From NCBI GenBank assembly GCA_965116495.1, contig OZ220696.1, positions 800,001 through 864,000 on the forward strand: a DNA stretch of 64,000 nt, given 5' to 3'. Both the position numbers and the translations under genes were made by a program. Below the pieces are notes generated by a model. That model searched no databases, was not told the origin of the DNA, and worked only from the letters and a program-made list of their open reading frames with translations. Of this stretch, positions 1 through 8,772 are shown one piece after another. Source of the stretch: Gammaproteobacteria bacterium. GTDB lineage: Bacteria; Pseudomonadota; Gammaproteobacteria; Eutrophobiales; Eutrophobiaceae. How positions within the stretch are numbered: position 1 is the first letter of the stretch; each line of letters starts with the position of its first letter.

Positions 1-220
1 CTACCAGTTTGGCATTTGCGTTGCGGCGCCGGGTACGCCGTATCAATTGCCTGGATTTTTTTACCGCTTCCCCGGTAACGGCGCAGGTATTGACGACTAC
101 CAGGTCGGCATCGTCGACCGAGTTGCTTAACCGGTACCCGGCCGCCTGGAAACCGGTTGCCCAGTGTTCCAGTTCGGCCTCGTTCAGGCGGCACCCCAGG
201 GACTTCAGTGCTACTTGCAT
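1..220 (-). CDS. mtaB: tRNA methylthiotransferase MtaB/MiaB-like, 5' part only (truncated by window edge)
   Basis: Manual translation of the minus strand from ATG 220: MQVALKSLGCRLNEAE...DLVVVNTCAVTGEAVKKSRQLIRR, the LGCxxN and NTC motifs of the UPF0004 domain. Not in the ORF track. Confidence 0.8.
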   Translation of the reverse strand, partial: MQVALKSLGCRLNEAELEHWATGFQAAGYRLSNSVDDADLVVVNTCAVTGEAVKKSRQLIRRTRRRNANAKLV

Positions 221-229
221 GATGATAAC

Positions 230-399
230 AATTAAAAATTAGGAATTAAGAATTAATGTGCCGCCTGTGGCGGCGGTTTTTCAATGCATCTTATCCCTTC
301 CGCAAGTTGGATCAAAGCACACGGTTACGTAACATTTGTAATTCCTAATTCCTAATTCCTAATTCCTAATTCGTAATTCCTAATTCGTAATTCCTAATT
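230..399. repeat. Facing heptamer arrays: (AATTARR-like)x4 at 230-257 and (TAATTCS)x8 at 339-399 around an ~80-bp core
   Basis: Read directly. The right array overlaps the 3' end of the acyl-CoA dehydrogenase gene. Confidence 0.9.
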
Positions 400-1541
400 G
401 TCTCTTTCGCTATGATCAGTTTTTGTATCTCGGAAGCGCCCTCGTAGATGCGCAACGCGCGGATTTCCCGGTAGAGTTCTTCAACCTTTTCACCCCGGGT
501 TACCCCGCGTCCCCCGAATATCTGAACAGCCTGGTCGATAACCTCCTGGGCCGATTCGGTCGCATACAATTTAGCTATTGCCGCTTCCCGCGTCACGCGC
601 TCAGCGCCGCTGTCCTTGGCCCAGGCGGCACGGTAAACCAGCAGGGCGCTTGCATCAATCGCTACGGCCATATCGGCGATCTTGCCCTGGATCATCTGCA
701 TATCGGCAAGTGTCTTGCCGAACAGTCGCCTGGCGCCGGCATGCTTCACTGTTTCATCCAGCGCGCGCCGGGCGAATCCCAGCGCAGCCGCTCCGACCGT
801 CGGACGAAACACATCCAGCGTGGCCATGGCAATTTTGAAACCCTCACCCGGCCGGGCCAGCAGGTTTGTTTTCGGCACCCTGCAGTCCTCGAACACCAGG
901 CGCGCCAGTGGGTGGGGAGCGATAGTATCGATCCTTTCGGCCACTACCAGCCCGGGGGCATCAGCATCCACAATGAGGACACTCAGACCCCGCCCCCCCG
1001 TTTCCTCTCCGGTCCTGACAAACACGGTATAATAGTCCGCGATACCACCGTTTGAGATCCAGGTTTTCTCGCCATTGATTACGTAATCCGGACCGTCGGT
1101 TACGGCGGAAGTAGTCAGGGAAGCAACATCCGAGCCGGCGCCGGCTTCAGATAATGCAAAAGCGGCAATTTTAGCGCCACTGCGAACCGCCGGCAGGTAA
1201 TCATTCCTTTGTGCCTGATTGCCGAACAGGGCAATGGCTCCGCTGCCCAGTCCCTGCATGGCGAAGACAAAATCCGCCAGGCCGGAATGGCTCGCCAGGA
1301 TCTCCCGAACAAGACATATTGACCTTACATCCACCGGCTTGACGGAAGCCGGCGCGGGCGCGGCATGGATAAGCCACCCGGCATCAGCTATTTGTTTCAA
1401 TAATACCCTGCAGGCATCATCGATATTATCAGGATATTGCCGGGGCAGGTGCCGGCCTGACCATTCTGCAAGTTCAGCGGCAAGGCGCCTGTGGTCCGCC
1501 AGAAAAAAAGGCCAGTCAAGATAGCTGCGGTCAACCATCAA
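366..1541 (-). CDS. Acyl-CoA dehydrogenase (abm-cluster type)
   Basis: [29 protein letters not shown] motifs; coupled to the enoyl-CoA hydratase by a 4-bp overlap. Confidence 0.92.
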   Translation of the reverse strand: MMVDRSYLDWPFFLADHRRLAAELAEWSGRHLPRQYPDNIDDACRVLLKQIADAGWLIHAAPAPASVKPVDVRSICLVREILASHSGLADFVFAMQGLGSGAIALFGNQAQRNDYLPAVRSGAKIAAFALSEAGAGSDVASLTTSAVTDGPDYVINGEKTWISNGGIADYYTVFVRTGEETGGRGLSVLIVDADAPGLVVAERIDTIAPHPLARLVFEDCRVPKTNLLARPGEGFKIAMATLDVFRPTVGAAALGFARRALDETVKHAGARRLFGKTLADMQMIQGKIADMAVAIDASALLVYRAAWAKDSGAERVTREAAIAKLYATESAQEVIDQAVQIFGGRGVTRGEKVEELYREIRALRIYEGASEIQKLIIAKETIRNYELGITN

Positions 1542-2347
1542 TCACCTTCGAATTCAGGTGTTTTCTTATTGATAAAGGCAGTGTAAGCGCGTTGGAAATC
1601 CGCTGTCTGCATACAGATTGCCTGGGCCTGGGCTTCAGCCTCTATTGCCTGTTCCAGCCCCATATTCCATTCCTGACGCAGCATGGTTTTGGTGATACCG
1701 TGGGCGAACGCGGGTCCCCGGAGCAACCGTCCGGCCAACTTTTTCGCTTCATCCAGTAATGTATCCGCTGATACCAGAGAGTTATAAAATCCCCAGCGAT
1801 GACCTTCATCCGCACTCATGGACCGACCGGTGTACAGTAATTCCGCCGCACGGCCCTGGCCTATAATCCGGGGCAGTATGGCACAAGCGCCCATATCACA
1901 ACCGGCCAGACCGACACGGGTAAACAGGAAAGCCGTTTTTGCTTCCGGTGTCGCTATACGCATATCGCTCGCCATGGCGATTGCGGCGCCGGCGCCCACA
2001 CAGATACCGTCCACCGCAGCGATGACAGGTTGCGGGCAGTGGATCATGGCCTTGATGAGATCGCCGGTCATGCGGGTGAATTCCAGCAGTTCTTTCATGT
2101 TCTTTTGAGTCAGGGGGCCTATGATATCGTGTACGTCACCGCCGGAGCAGAAGTTGCCTTCAGCACCGGTAATAATCACGACCCTGACGTCATCTGCAGC
2201 GGCCAGGTGGCGAAAGGTATCGCGCATTTCCGCATAGGAAGAAAAGGTGAGCGGGTTCTTTCTTTCCGGCCGGTTCAGGGTCAGCGTCGCTACACCATCG
2301 GAACAGGACCAGTCAAAATGCTGCGGGATATATCCGGACATGCTCAT
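1538..2347 (-). CDS. Enoyl-CoA hydratase/crotonase family protein
   Basis: [28 protein letters not shown] crotonase motifs. Confidence 0.92.
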   Translation of the reverse strand: MSMSGYIPQHFDWSCSDGVATLTLNRPERKNPLTFSSYAEMRDTFRHLAAADDVRVVIITGAEGNFCSGGDVHDIIGPLTQKNMKELLEFTRMTGDLIKAMIHCPQPVIAAVDGICVGAGAAIAMASDMRIATPEAKTAFLFTRVGLAGCDMGACAILPRIIGQGRAAELLYTGRSMSADEGHRWGFYNSLVSADTLLDEAKKLAGRLLRGPAFAHGITKTMLRQEWNMGLEQAIEAEAQAQAICMQTADFQRAYTAFINKKTPEFEGD

Positions 2348-2389
2348 TGATAATTTCCGTGTATGTCAGTGATAAGGCGATTATGGGTA

Positions 2390-3154
2390 TCACATTACTT
2401 CGCCACCGGCTATCGGGATGGACTGGCCGGTGACGGATTCGCTGCCTGGCAGGCATAACCAGGCTACCGCGGTGGCTACTTCTTCCGGTTCGATAAACCG
2501 GTGTTGCGGGTTAGCCGATTTGAGGCGCGCTTCAGCATCCTCCCGCGCCATGCCCGTCTTGTCCATAATCCTGGTTATTGCCTCCGTAATCAAGTCAGTA
2601 TTGGTATAGCCCGGGCAGATTGCATTGACGGTTATACCGGTCCCTGCCAGTTCCAGCGCCAGGGAACGGGTAAGGCCGATGACGCCATGTTTGGCCGCGC
2701 AATAAGCCGCCACATAAGCATAGCCGGTAAGCCCGGCAGTACTGGCTATATTGATGATACGGCCCCAGTCTGCTTCAAGCATCCCGTCCAGCACCTGGCT
2801 GCTGCAATAAAATACACCATCCAGGTTAACGGCAATCGACTGTTTCCAACTGTTATTGTCGATGCGCGCGAATGGACTGCTGCCGGCCATGCCGGCGTTA
2901 TTTACCAGGATGTCAACAGGACCAAACCGGGCTACAGCTTCTGCAAACCCTGCCACTACGGTTTCTTCATCAGCTACGTCCAGCTGTACAGCGGATGCGC
3001 GACCTAACTGCTCCGCCCTGGAATGTAAAGAACTTTCCGTCCGGCCCATCAGGGTAATCCTGGCCCCCAGCCGGTCCATTTCCGCTGCGATCGCTGCGCC
3101 TATACCCTTGCCACCGCCGGTAACCACCACATGTTTATCGTTGAGAGCATTCAT
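2390..3154 (-). CDS. Short-chain dehydrogenase (3-hydroxyacyl-CoA/3-hydroxybutyrate dehydrogenase-like)
   Basis: TGGGKGIG, NNAG, YCAAKHG motifs. Confidence 0.92.
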   Translation of the reverse strand: MNALNDKHVVVTGGGKGIGAAIAAEMDRLGARITLMGRTESSLHSRAEQLGRASAVQLDVADEETVVAGFAEAVARFGPVDILVNNAGMAGSSPFARIDNNSWKQSIAVNLDGVFYCSSQVLDGMLEADWGRIINIASTAGLTGYAYVAAYCAAKHGVIGLTRSLALELAGTGITVNAICPGYTNTDLITEAITRIMDKTGMAREDAEARLKSANPQHRFIEPEEVATAVAWLCLPGSESVTGQSIPIAGGEVM

Positions 3155-3272
3155 ATGACACGGCTATATTACCATAGCCTGATTCCGCTCAGCCCGCCGG
3201 TATTTTTCTATTCAAAAATACATTCACTAATGCTACACTTGCCCAGTTAAATTTGAATACCTGCAAAAAGCC

Positions 3273-5720
3273 ATGGGGAAAGACCTGATTGTTGTAGGCA
3301 ATGGAATGGCGCCCAGCCGCGCTTTGGAAAAACTCAACGAACAGGATCCTGATGCCTACAATGTCACAATTTTCAACGCCGAACCGCGCGTCAGCTATAA
3401 CCGCGTCATGTTATCTCCGGTCCTGTCCGGTGAGGAAGATTTTGAGAAAACCATTATTCACGGGGATGACTGGTATTTTAAGCACGGCTTTATTCTCTAC
3501 CGGGGTTGCCCGGTCACTGAAATAGATCGGGAAGCCAGGACAGTCAAGGCCATTAATGGAATTGCCGAGCCTTATGACAAACTGCTGATTGCAACGGGGT
3601 CATCTCCGGTCAAACTTTCCATTCCTGGAAACGACAAGGAAGGGGTGCTTTCGTACAGAGACCTGGACGATGTGAAAGCCATGCTGAGCGCTGCTGAAAC
3701 CAAGCGGCAGGCGGTGGTGATTGGTGGCGGACTGCTCGGACTCGAGGCGGCTGCAGGACTGCGCAACCGGGGTATGGAAGTGACGGTAGTGCACCGCAAC
3801 CCTACACTAATGGACCGCCAGTTGGATGAGACTGCCGGCCACCTGTTACAGCGCGCAATCGAGTCACTCGGCATCCGGGTGTTGACCGGGAGACATACAA
3901 AAGCAATCACCGGCGACGAGCATGTAAAGGGGGTACTGTTTAAGGACGGTAGTAGTATACAAGCGGATATCGTGATCATGGCGGTGGGGATTCGTCCGAG
4001 TGTATGGTTGGCGGATAACGCCGGGTTGAATGTCAACCGGGGAATCGTTGTCGACGAACATATGCGCACCTCTGATCCCGACATCCTCGCAATCGGCGAG
4101 TGCGCTGAATTCGAAGGGAATGTTTACGGTCTGCTTGCACCACTATACGAAATGGCGAACGTCGCTGCCGCCACTTTACTCGGAGATGAGGAGCAACAAT
4201 TCGAAAATCGGGTGACTGCGGCACAACTAAAGGTAACGGGGATTGATCTCTATTCTGCCGGTGACTTTGCCGACAGCGATAATCGGGAAGAGATTGTTTT
4301 GCGGGACCCGAACCAAGGCGTATACAGACGGCTTGTCCTCGAAGACAACCGTTTGGTTGGGACAGTTCTTTACGGTGATACCTCGTCCATGGGATGGTAC
4401 TTCCAGATGATCAAGGACAGCACGGATATCTCCGGTATCCGTGATTACATGATATTCGGGCCCGGTTTTGCAGAAGGCGCGGCCCAAGACCCGACGGCAG
4501 CTGTTGCGTCCCTGCCGGATGATGCGGAGATCTGCGGATGTAACGGTGTAACAAAAGGCGAGATCAAGCAAGCTGTTGACGCTAACAACCTGACTACGCT
4601 GGAAGAGGTGCGCGCCTGCACCAAGGCATCCGCCTCTTGCGGGTCATGTACCGGTCTGGTGGAACAACTGCTGCTCCTGAGACTTGGCGATTCGTACCAA
4701 CCCGCTGAGGTAAAACCCATATGCGGCTGTACCGATCTGAGTCATTCCGATGTGCGCCGGCTTATCAGCGCGCGCAATATCAAAACCATACCCGATTTGA
4801 TGCAGGAACTGGAATGGAAGAGTTCCGGCGGTTGCGCCAAGTGCAAGCCTGCGCTGAATTACTACCTGCTGGCGACCTGGCCGGGTGAATACGTCGATGA
4901 TAAACAATCCCGTTTCATCAATGAGCGGGTACATGCCAACATTCAGAAGGACGGCACTTATTCCGTCGTACCGCGAATGTGGGGAGGATCTACGTCTTCC
5001 AGCGAATTGCGCGCTATTGCGGACGTGGTTGACAAATTCCATATACCGACAGTCAAGGTAACCGGTGGTCAGCGCATCGATATGCTCGGTATCAAAAAAG
5101 AAGACCTGCCTGCAGTCTGGGCGGACCTGAATAAAGCCGGCCTGGTTTCGGGACATGCCTACGGCAAAGCGGTTCGTACGGTAAAAACCTGTGTCGGCAA
5201 GGAATGGTGCCGCTTTGGCACCCAGGATTCCACCGGGCTGGGTATCCGGCTGGAAAAATTCCTGTGGGGTTCATGGACGCCTGCCAAGGTAAAGATGGCG
5301 GTCTCGGGATGTCCGAGAAACTGTGCTGAAGCCACTTGTAAGGATGTGGGCATCGTTTGCGTGGAATCCGGGTATGATGTCCACTTCGCCGGCGCTGCCG
5401 GCATGGATGTCAGGGAGACCGAATTGCTGGGCCATGTCGACAACGAAGATGACGCCATAGAAATAGTGGCTGCCGTTATACAGCTATACCGGGAGCAGGG
5501 ACATTATCTTGAAAGGATCTACAAGTGGGCCAGGCGTGTCGGCGTAGATTCGATCCGGGATGCGGTTGTGGATGATGCAGCCAATCGCAAATCACTGTGC
5601 GCAAGGTTTGTCCACTCACAGAAATTTCATCAGATCGATCCTTGGGAAGAACGGGTAAAAGGCCATGATCAGCATGAATTCGCCCCGATCAAGGAACTCA
5701 GCACTCTGGAGTTGGCTTGA
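3273..5720 (+). CDS. nirB: NAD(P)H-dependent siroheme nitrite reductase, large subunit
   Basis: VGNGMA and GGGLLGLE FAD/NAD motifs; BFD-like CGCNGV...CGSC; KTCVG...C and SGCPRNC siroheme/4Fe-4S ligands. Confidence 0.95.
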   Translation: MGKDLIVVGNGMAPSRALEKLNEQDPDAYNVTIFNAEPRVSYNRVMLSPVLSGEEDFEKTIIHGDDWYFKHGFILYRGCPVTEIDREARTVKAINGIAEPYDKLLIATGSSPVKLSIPGNDKEGVLSYRDLDDVKAMLSAAETKRQAVVIGGGLLGLEAAAGLRNRGMEVTVVHRNPTLMDRQLDETAGHLLQRAIESLGIRVLTGRHTKAITGDEHVKGVLFKDGSSIQADIVIMAVGIRPSVWLADNAGLNVNRGIVVDEHMRTSDPDILAIGECAEFEGNVYGLLAPLYEMANVAAATLLGDEEQQFENRVTAAQLKVTGIDLYSAGDFADSDNREEIVLRDPNQGVYRRLVLEDNRLVGTVLYGDTSSMGWYFQMIKDSTDISGIRDYMIFGPGFAEGAAQDPTAAVASLPDDAEICGCNGVTKGEIKQAVDANNLTTLEEVRACTKASASCGSCTGLVEQLLLLRLGDSYQPAEVKPICGCTDLSHSDVRRLISARNIKTIPDLMQELEWKSSGGCAKCKPALNYYLLATWPGEYVDDKQSRFINERVHANIQKDGTYSVVPRMWGGSTSSSELRAIADVVDKFHIPTVKVTGGQRIDMLGIKKEDLPAVWADLNKAGLVSGHAYGKAVRTVKTCVGKEWCRFGTQDSTGLGIRLEKFLWGSWTPAKVKMAVSGCPRNCAEATCKDVGIVCVESGYDVHFAGAAGMDVRETELLGHVDNEDDAIEIVAAVIQLYREQGHYLERIYKWARRVGVDSIRDAVVDDAANRKSLCARFVHSQKFHQIDPWEERVKGHDQHEFAPIKELSTLELA

Positions 5721-6073
5721 TGTCATCTGATTGCTGGACAACTATAGGAAATGTGGATGATATACCGGTTGCGGGCGCGCGGGTGGTCATCTCCCCCGGC
5801 TGCAGGATAGCGGTATTTCGAACCGAGGACAATCAAGTCTTCGCGCTGGAAGATCGATGCCCGCATCGCAAAGGTCCTATCAGCCAGGGGATCGTCCACG
5901 GCAAGAAGGTAACATGTCCCCTGCACAACCTGGTTATTGACCTGGACAGTGGAAATACGCAGGAATCCGGCATCGTACCGGTATGCACCATATCCACCCG
6001 GGTCGGAGAGAACGGAGAAGTGCTGCTGAATATGGATGACATCCGGGCCAGACTGGAGTCCGGGACCAGATAA
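5717..6073 (+). CDS. nirD: Nitrite reductase small subunit (Rieske)
   Basis: CPH...CPLH Rieske motif; overlaps the nirB stop. Confidence 0.92.
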   Translation: MMSSDCWTTIGNVDDIPVAGARVVISPGCRIAVFRTEDNQVFALEDRCPHRKGPISQGIVHGKKVTCPLHNLVIDLDSGNTQESGIVPVCTISTRVGENGEVLLNMDDIRARLESGTR

Positions 6074-6108
6074 CACGCATAGAACGTCCGCCTGGTGCAG
6101 TGGTTGAA

Positions 6109-7266
6109 TCAGCGGTTGGGCGTATGACCGCAAACCATGCCGGCGATGATCATCTTCTGTATGTTCGAGGTCCCTTCGACTATTTGCAGGGACTTGGCGT
6201 CGCGATAGAACCGTTCGGCCGGGTATTCCGTGGAATAACCGTAGGACCCGAAGATTTTCATACACTCGTTTGCCGCGTGCACCGCTGCTTCGGACGCAGC
6301 AAGTTTGGCCATGGAGGTTTCATACTGGTTGGGCCTGCCCTGATCCTTTAACCAAGCGGCCTTGTATACCAGCAGTTGCGCAGCCTGGTGTTCCACCGCC
6401 ATGTCGGCAATCTGGGACTGTATCATCTGGTGGCGTGAAATGGGTTTGCCGAATTGCTTACGCTCGTTTGCATAGTCAACGGCCAGTTGTAGTGCGCCAC
6501 CGGCCACACCCAGGGCGCCGGCGGCACAACCGATGCGGGTATTGTTCAACTGCCACATGCACATCTTGAAGCCGTTGTTAAGTTCGCCGAGCAGGGCGTT
6601 TTTGGGAACACGTGCGCCTGCAAAGATAAATTCACCGGTCGGGGAGCAATGCAGACCCAGCTTGGTGTCGATGGGCCGGGCAGTACAGCCTTCCAGGTTC
6701 TTGGGTTCGATGATAAAGCAACTGATGCCCTTGTTGCCCTTGTCCCGGTCCGTATAGGCGTACAACAGGCCGGCGTCGCCTATATGGGCGTTGGAGATCC
6801 ATATCTTGCTGCCATGCAGTTCATAATGGTCGCCCCTGTCGATGGCGTGGGTCTTCATGTTGGCAACATCGGAACCGGTATCCGGCTCAGTCATGGCAAA
6901 GAACCCTATTCGGGCGCCATTGATCCAGCCGGGAATGTATTTCTCCTGTTGTTCCTGTGTGCCGAATTCAGCTACTGACAGGGGAGCGCCGAGGTTCTGC
7001 ATGTTGAAGGGCAGTCGCCATGAGGCCGATACCTGGCTAATCTGCTCCGCCATGAGCACGGATTCCAGGAAGCCCATCCCGTTTCCGTTCAATTCTTCCG
7101 GCAACACACATGAAAAAAAACCGAGTTCGCCCATTTCTGCCACGCGTTCCAGCTTGAATTCATGGTTTTTTTCTTCCTGTTCGAGTGTCGGCGCAATTTC
7201 TTCCAGGGCAAATCGCCGGGCCGTATCCTGTACCAGACGCTGCTCTTCGGTTAATTCAAAAAACAT
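6109..7266 (-). CDS. Glutaryl-CoA dehydrogenase, non-decarboxylating type
   Basis: ACAD motifs (TEPDTGSD, GSKIWISNA, VEGTSNI). Segments such as MGELGFF, YAYTD, FIIEPKN, SPTGE and YGYSTEYP resemble the Desulfococcus-type enzyme as recalled. Co-operonic with gcd genes. Confidence 0.8.
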   Translation of the reverse strand: MFFELTEEQRLVQDTARRFALEEIAPTLEQEEKNHEFKLERVAEMGELGFFSCVLPEELNGNGMGFLESVLMAEQISQVSASWRLPFNMQNLGAPLSVAEFGTQEQQEKYIPGWINGARIGFFAMTEPDTGSDVANMKTHAIDRGDHYELHGSKIWISNAHIGDAGLLYAYTDRDKGNKGISCFIIEPKNLEGCTARPIDTKLGLHCSPTGEFIFAGARVPKNALLGELNNGFKMCMWQLNNTRIGCAAGALGVAGGALQLAVDYANERKQFGKPISRHQMIQSQIADMAVEHQAAQLLVYKAAWLKDQGRPNQYETSMAKLAASEAAVHAANECMKIFGSYGYSTEYPAERFYRDAKSLQIVEGTSNIQKMIIAGMVCGHTPNR

Positions 7267-7279
7267 GGTTGATTCTCTC

Positions 7280-7501
7280 TTATGCAGACTCGATAGACAT
7301 GAGTGGCTGATCCTCCTCCACTTCGTCGCCTTCCTTGACCAGGATTTGTTTCACCTTGCCGTCACAGGGAGCATAGACCGGCGTTTCCATTTTCAAAGCC
7401 TCGATGATAAGCACTTCGTCATCCTCTTCGAGGACTTCGTTCAGTGTTGCCGTAATTTTCCAGATTGTTCCCGACAGGGGCGCCAATACCTCTTCCGCCA
7501 T
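7280..7501 (-). CDS. gcdC: Biotin carboxyl carrier subunit of the Na+-translocating decarboxylase
   Basis: 73-aa biotinyl domain with EALKME at the biotin-lysine site. Confidence 0.85.
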   Translation of the reverse strand: MAEEVLAPLSGTIWKITATLNEVLEEDDEVLIIEALKMETPVYAPCDGKVKQILVKEGDEVEEDQPLMSIESA

Positions 7502-7517
7502 GACTTTTCTCCGAGAT

Positions 7518-8621
7518 TTATTGCAAGATTGTTAGAAATATACCGGCAGCAATGACGGTACCGATTACACCGGCGATATTGGGGCCCATGGCAACCATGA
7601 GCAGGTAATTCTTTTTATCCGCCTCAGCCCCAATTTTCTGAACCACCCGGGCCGCCATCGGCACGGCAGAGACCCCGGCCGCGCCGACCAGGGGATTGAT
7701 CTTGTCCGGGATAAAAATATTCAGCAGTTTGGCCAGCAGTATGCCGCTTGCCGTACTGATCATGAATGCGAACATGCCGAGGAAGAAAATCAGTATGACG
7801 TCACTACGTAAAAAACTGTCTGCGCTCATGGTTGCGCCTATACTGACGCCAAGGAATATGGTTGCTATATTCATCAGGGAATTCTGGGCGGCATCAGTCA
7901 AACGATCGACCACCTTGGATTCCCGGAACAGGTTGCCCAGCATGAACATGGACACCAGGGGCGCAGAAGCAGGTACCATCAGGATAATCACCATGGCGGC
8001 TATTATGGGAAACAGCAGCTTCTCCCTCGGACTGATCTTACGGCCTTTGCGCATGCGGATTTTTCGCTCATTTTCCGTCGTCAACAAACGCATGATAGGG
8101 GGCTGGATGATAGGCACCAGCGCCATGTAGGAATAGGCGGCAACCGCGCAGGCACCGAGCAGGTGCGGCGCCAGTTTCGCCGCCAGAAAGATAGTCGTGG
8201 GTCCGTCCGCCCCGCCAATAATGCTGATGGTGGCGGCATCTTCCAGGCTGAAACCCATCCAGCAAGCCAGAAAAAACGTAAGGTAAACACCCACCTGCGC
8301 GCCTGCGCCCAGAAAGATGAGTAATGGTTGCGAGAGTAACGGGCCGAAATCGGTCAGCGCGCCAAGACCCAGGAAGATCAGGGGGGGAATGATGCGCCAT
8401 TCGATCCCGTGGTGATAGAAGCGCCAGAGCAATCCGTCTCCGGGCTCCATCAGCCCGGTCAACGGCAGGTTGGCAAGGAGAATGCCGAAACCTATGGGCA
8501 GCAGCAACAATGGTTCATACTGCCTGGTGACAGCCAGGTAGAGCAGGGTCAGTCCAATCAGCCACATCAGCAACATTTCGGGCGTGACGGAAAAAATCCC
8601 CATGTTTTCTATAAACGCCAT
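7518..8621 (-). CDS. gcdB: Na+-translocating decarboxylase beta subunit
   Basis: EPLLLLPIGFG, IIGGADGPT, GVSAVPMAARV, AMGPNIAGVIG OadB/GcdB motifs. Confidence 0.93.
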   Translation of the reverse strand: MAFIENMGIFSVTPEMLLMWLIGLTLLYLAVTRQYEPLLLLPIGFGILLANLPLTGLMEPGDGLLWRFYHHGIEWRIIPPLIFLGLGALTDFGPLLSQPLLIFLGAGAQVGVYLTFFLACWMGFSLEDAATISIIGGADGPTTIFLAAKLAPHLLGACAVAAYSYMALVPIIQPPIMRLLTTENERKIRMRKGRKISPREKLLFPIIAAMVIILMVPASAPLVSMFMLGNLFRESKVVDRLTDAAQNSLMNIATIFLGVSIGATMSADSFLRSDVILIFFLGMFAFMISTASGILLAKLLNIFIPDKINPLVGAAGVSAVPMAARVVQKIGAEADKKNYLLMVAMGPNIAGVIGTVIAAGIFLTILQ

Positions 8622-8749
8622 TATTCTTCTTTATTCTCCGGCTTCCTGTTTACCACCAGCGCGAGCACCTTGACGGCGAAATACAACATTGCCATTCCGG
8701 CGAATACACCGCCGATACCGTTAAGGAATATTTCCAGTGCCTGTTCCAT
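8621..8749 (-). CDS. gcdD: Small membrane subunit (OadG/GcdD-like), 42 aa
   Basis: Manual translation MEQALEIFLNGIGGVFAGMAMLYFAVKVLALVVNRKPENKEE; one TM helix; TAATG coupling to gcdB; below the ORF-track cutoff. Confidence 0.8.
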   Translation of the reverse strand: MEQALEIFLNGIGGVFAGMAMLYFAVKVLALVVNRKPENKEE

Positions 8750-8772
8750 GAACCTGGTTTTGCCGATAGTGA

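Noticed and set aside
9-242. 77-aa plus-strand ORF
   Set aside because: Antisense shadow of the mtaB 5' end.
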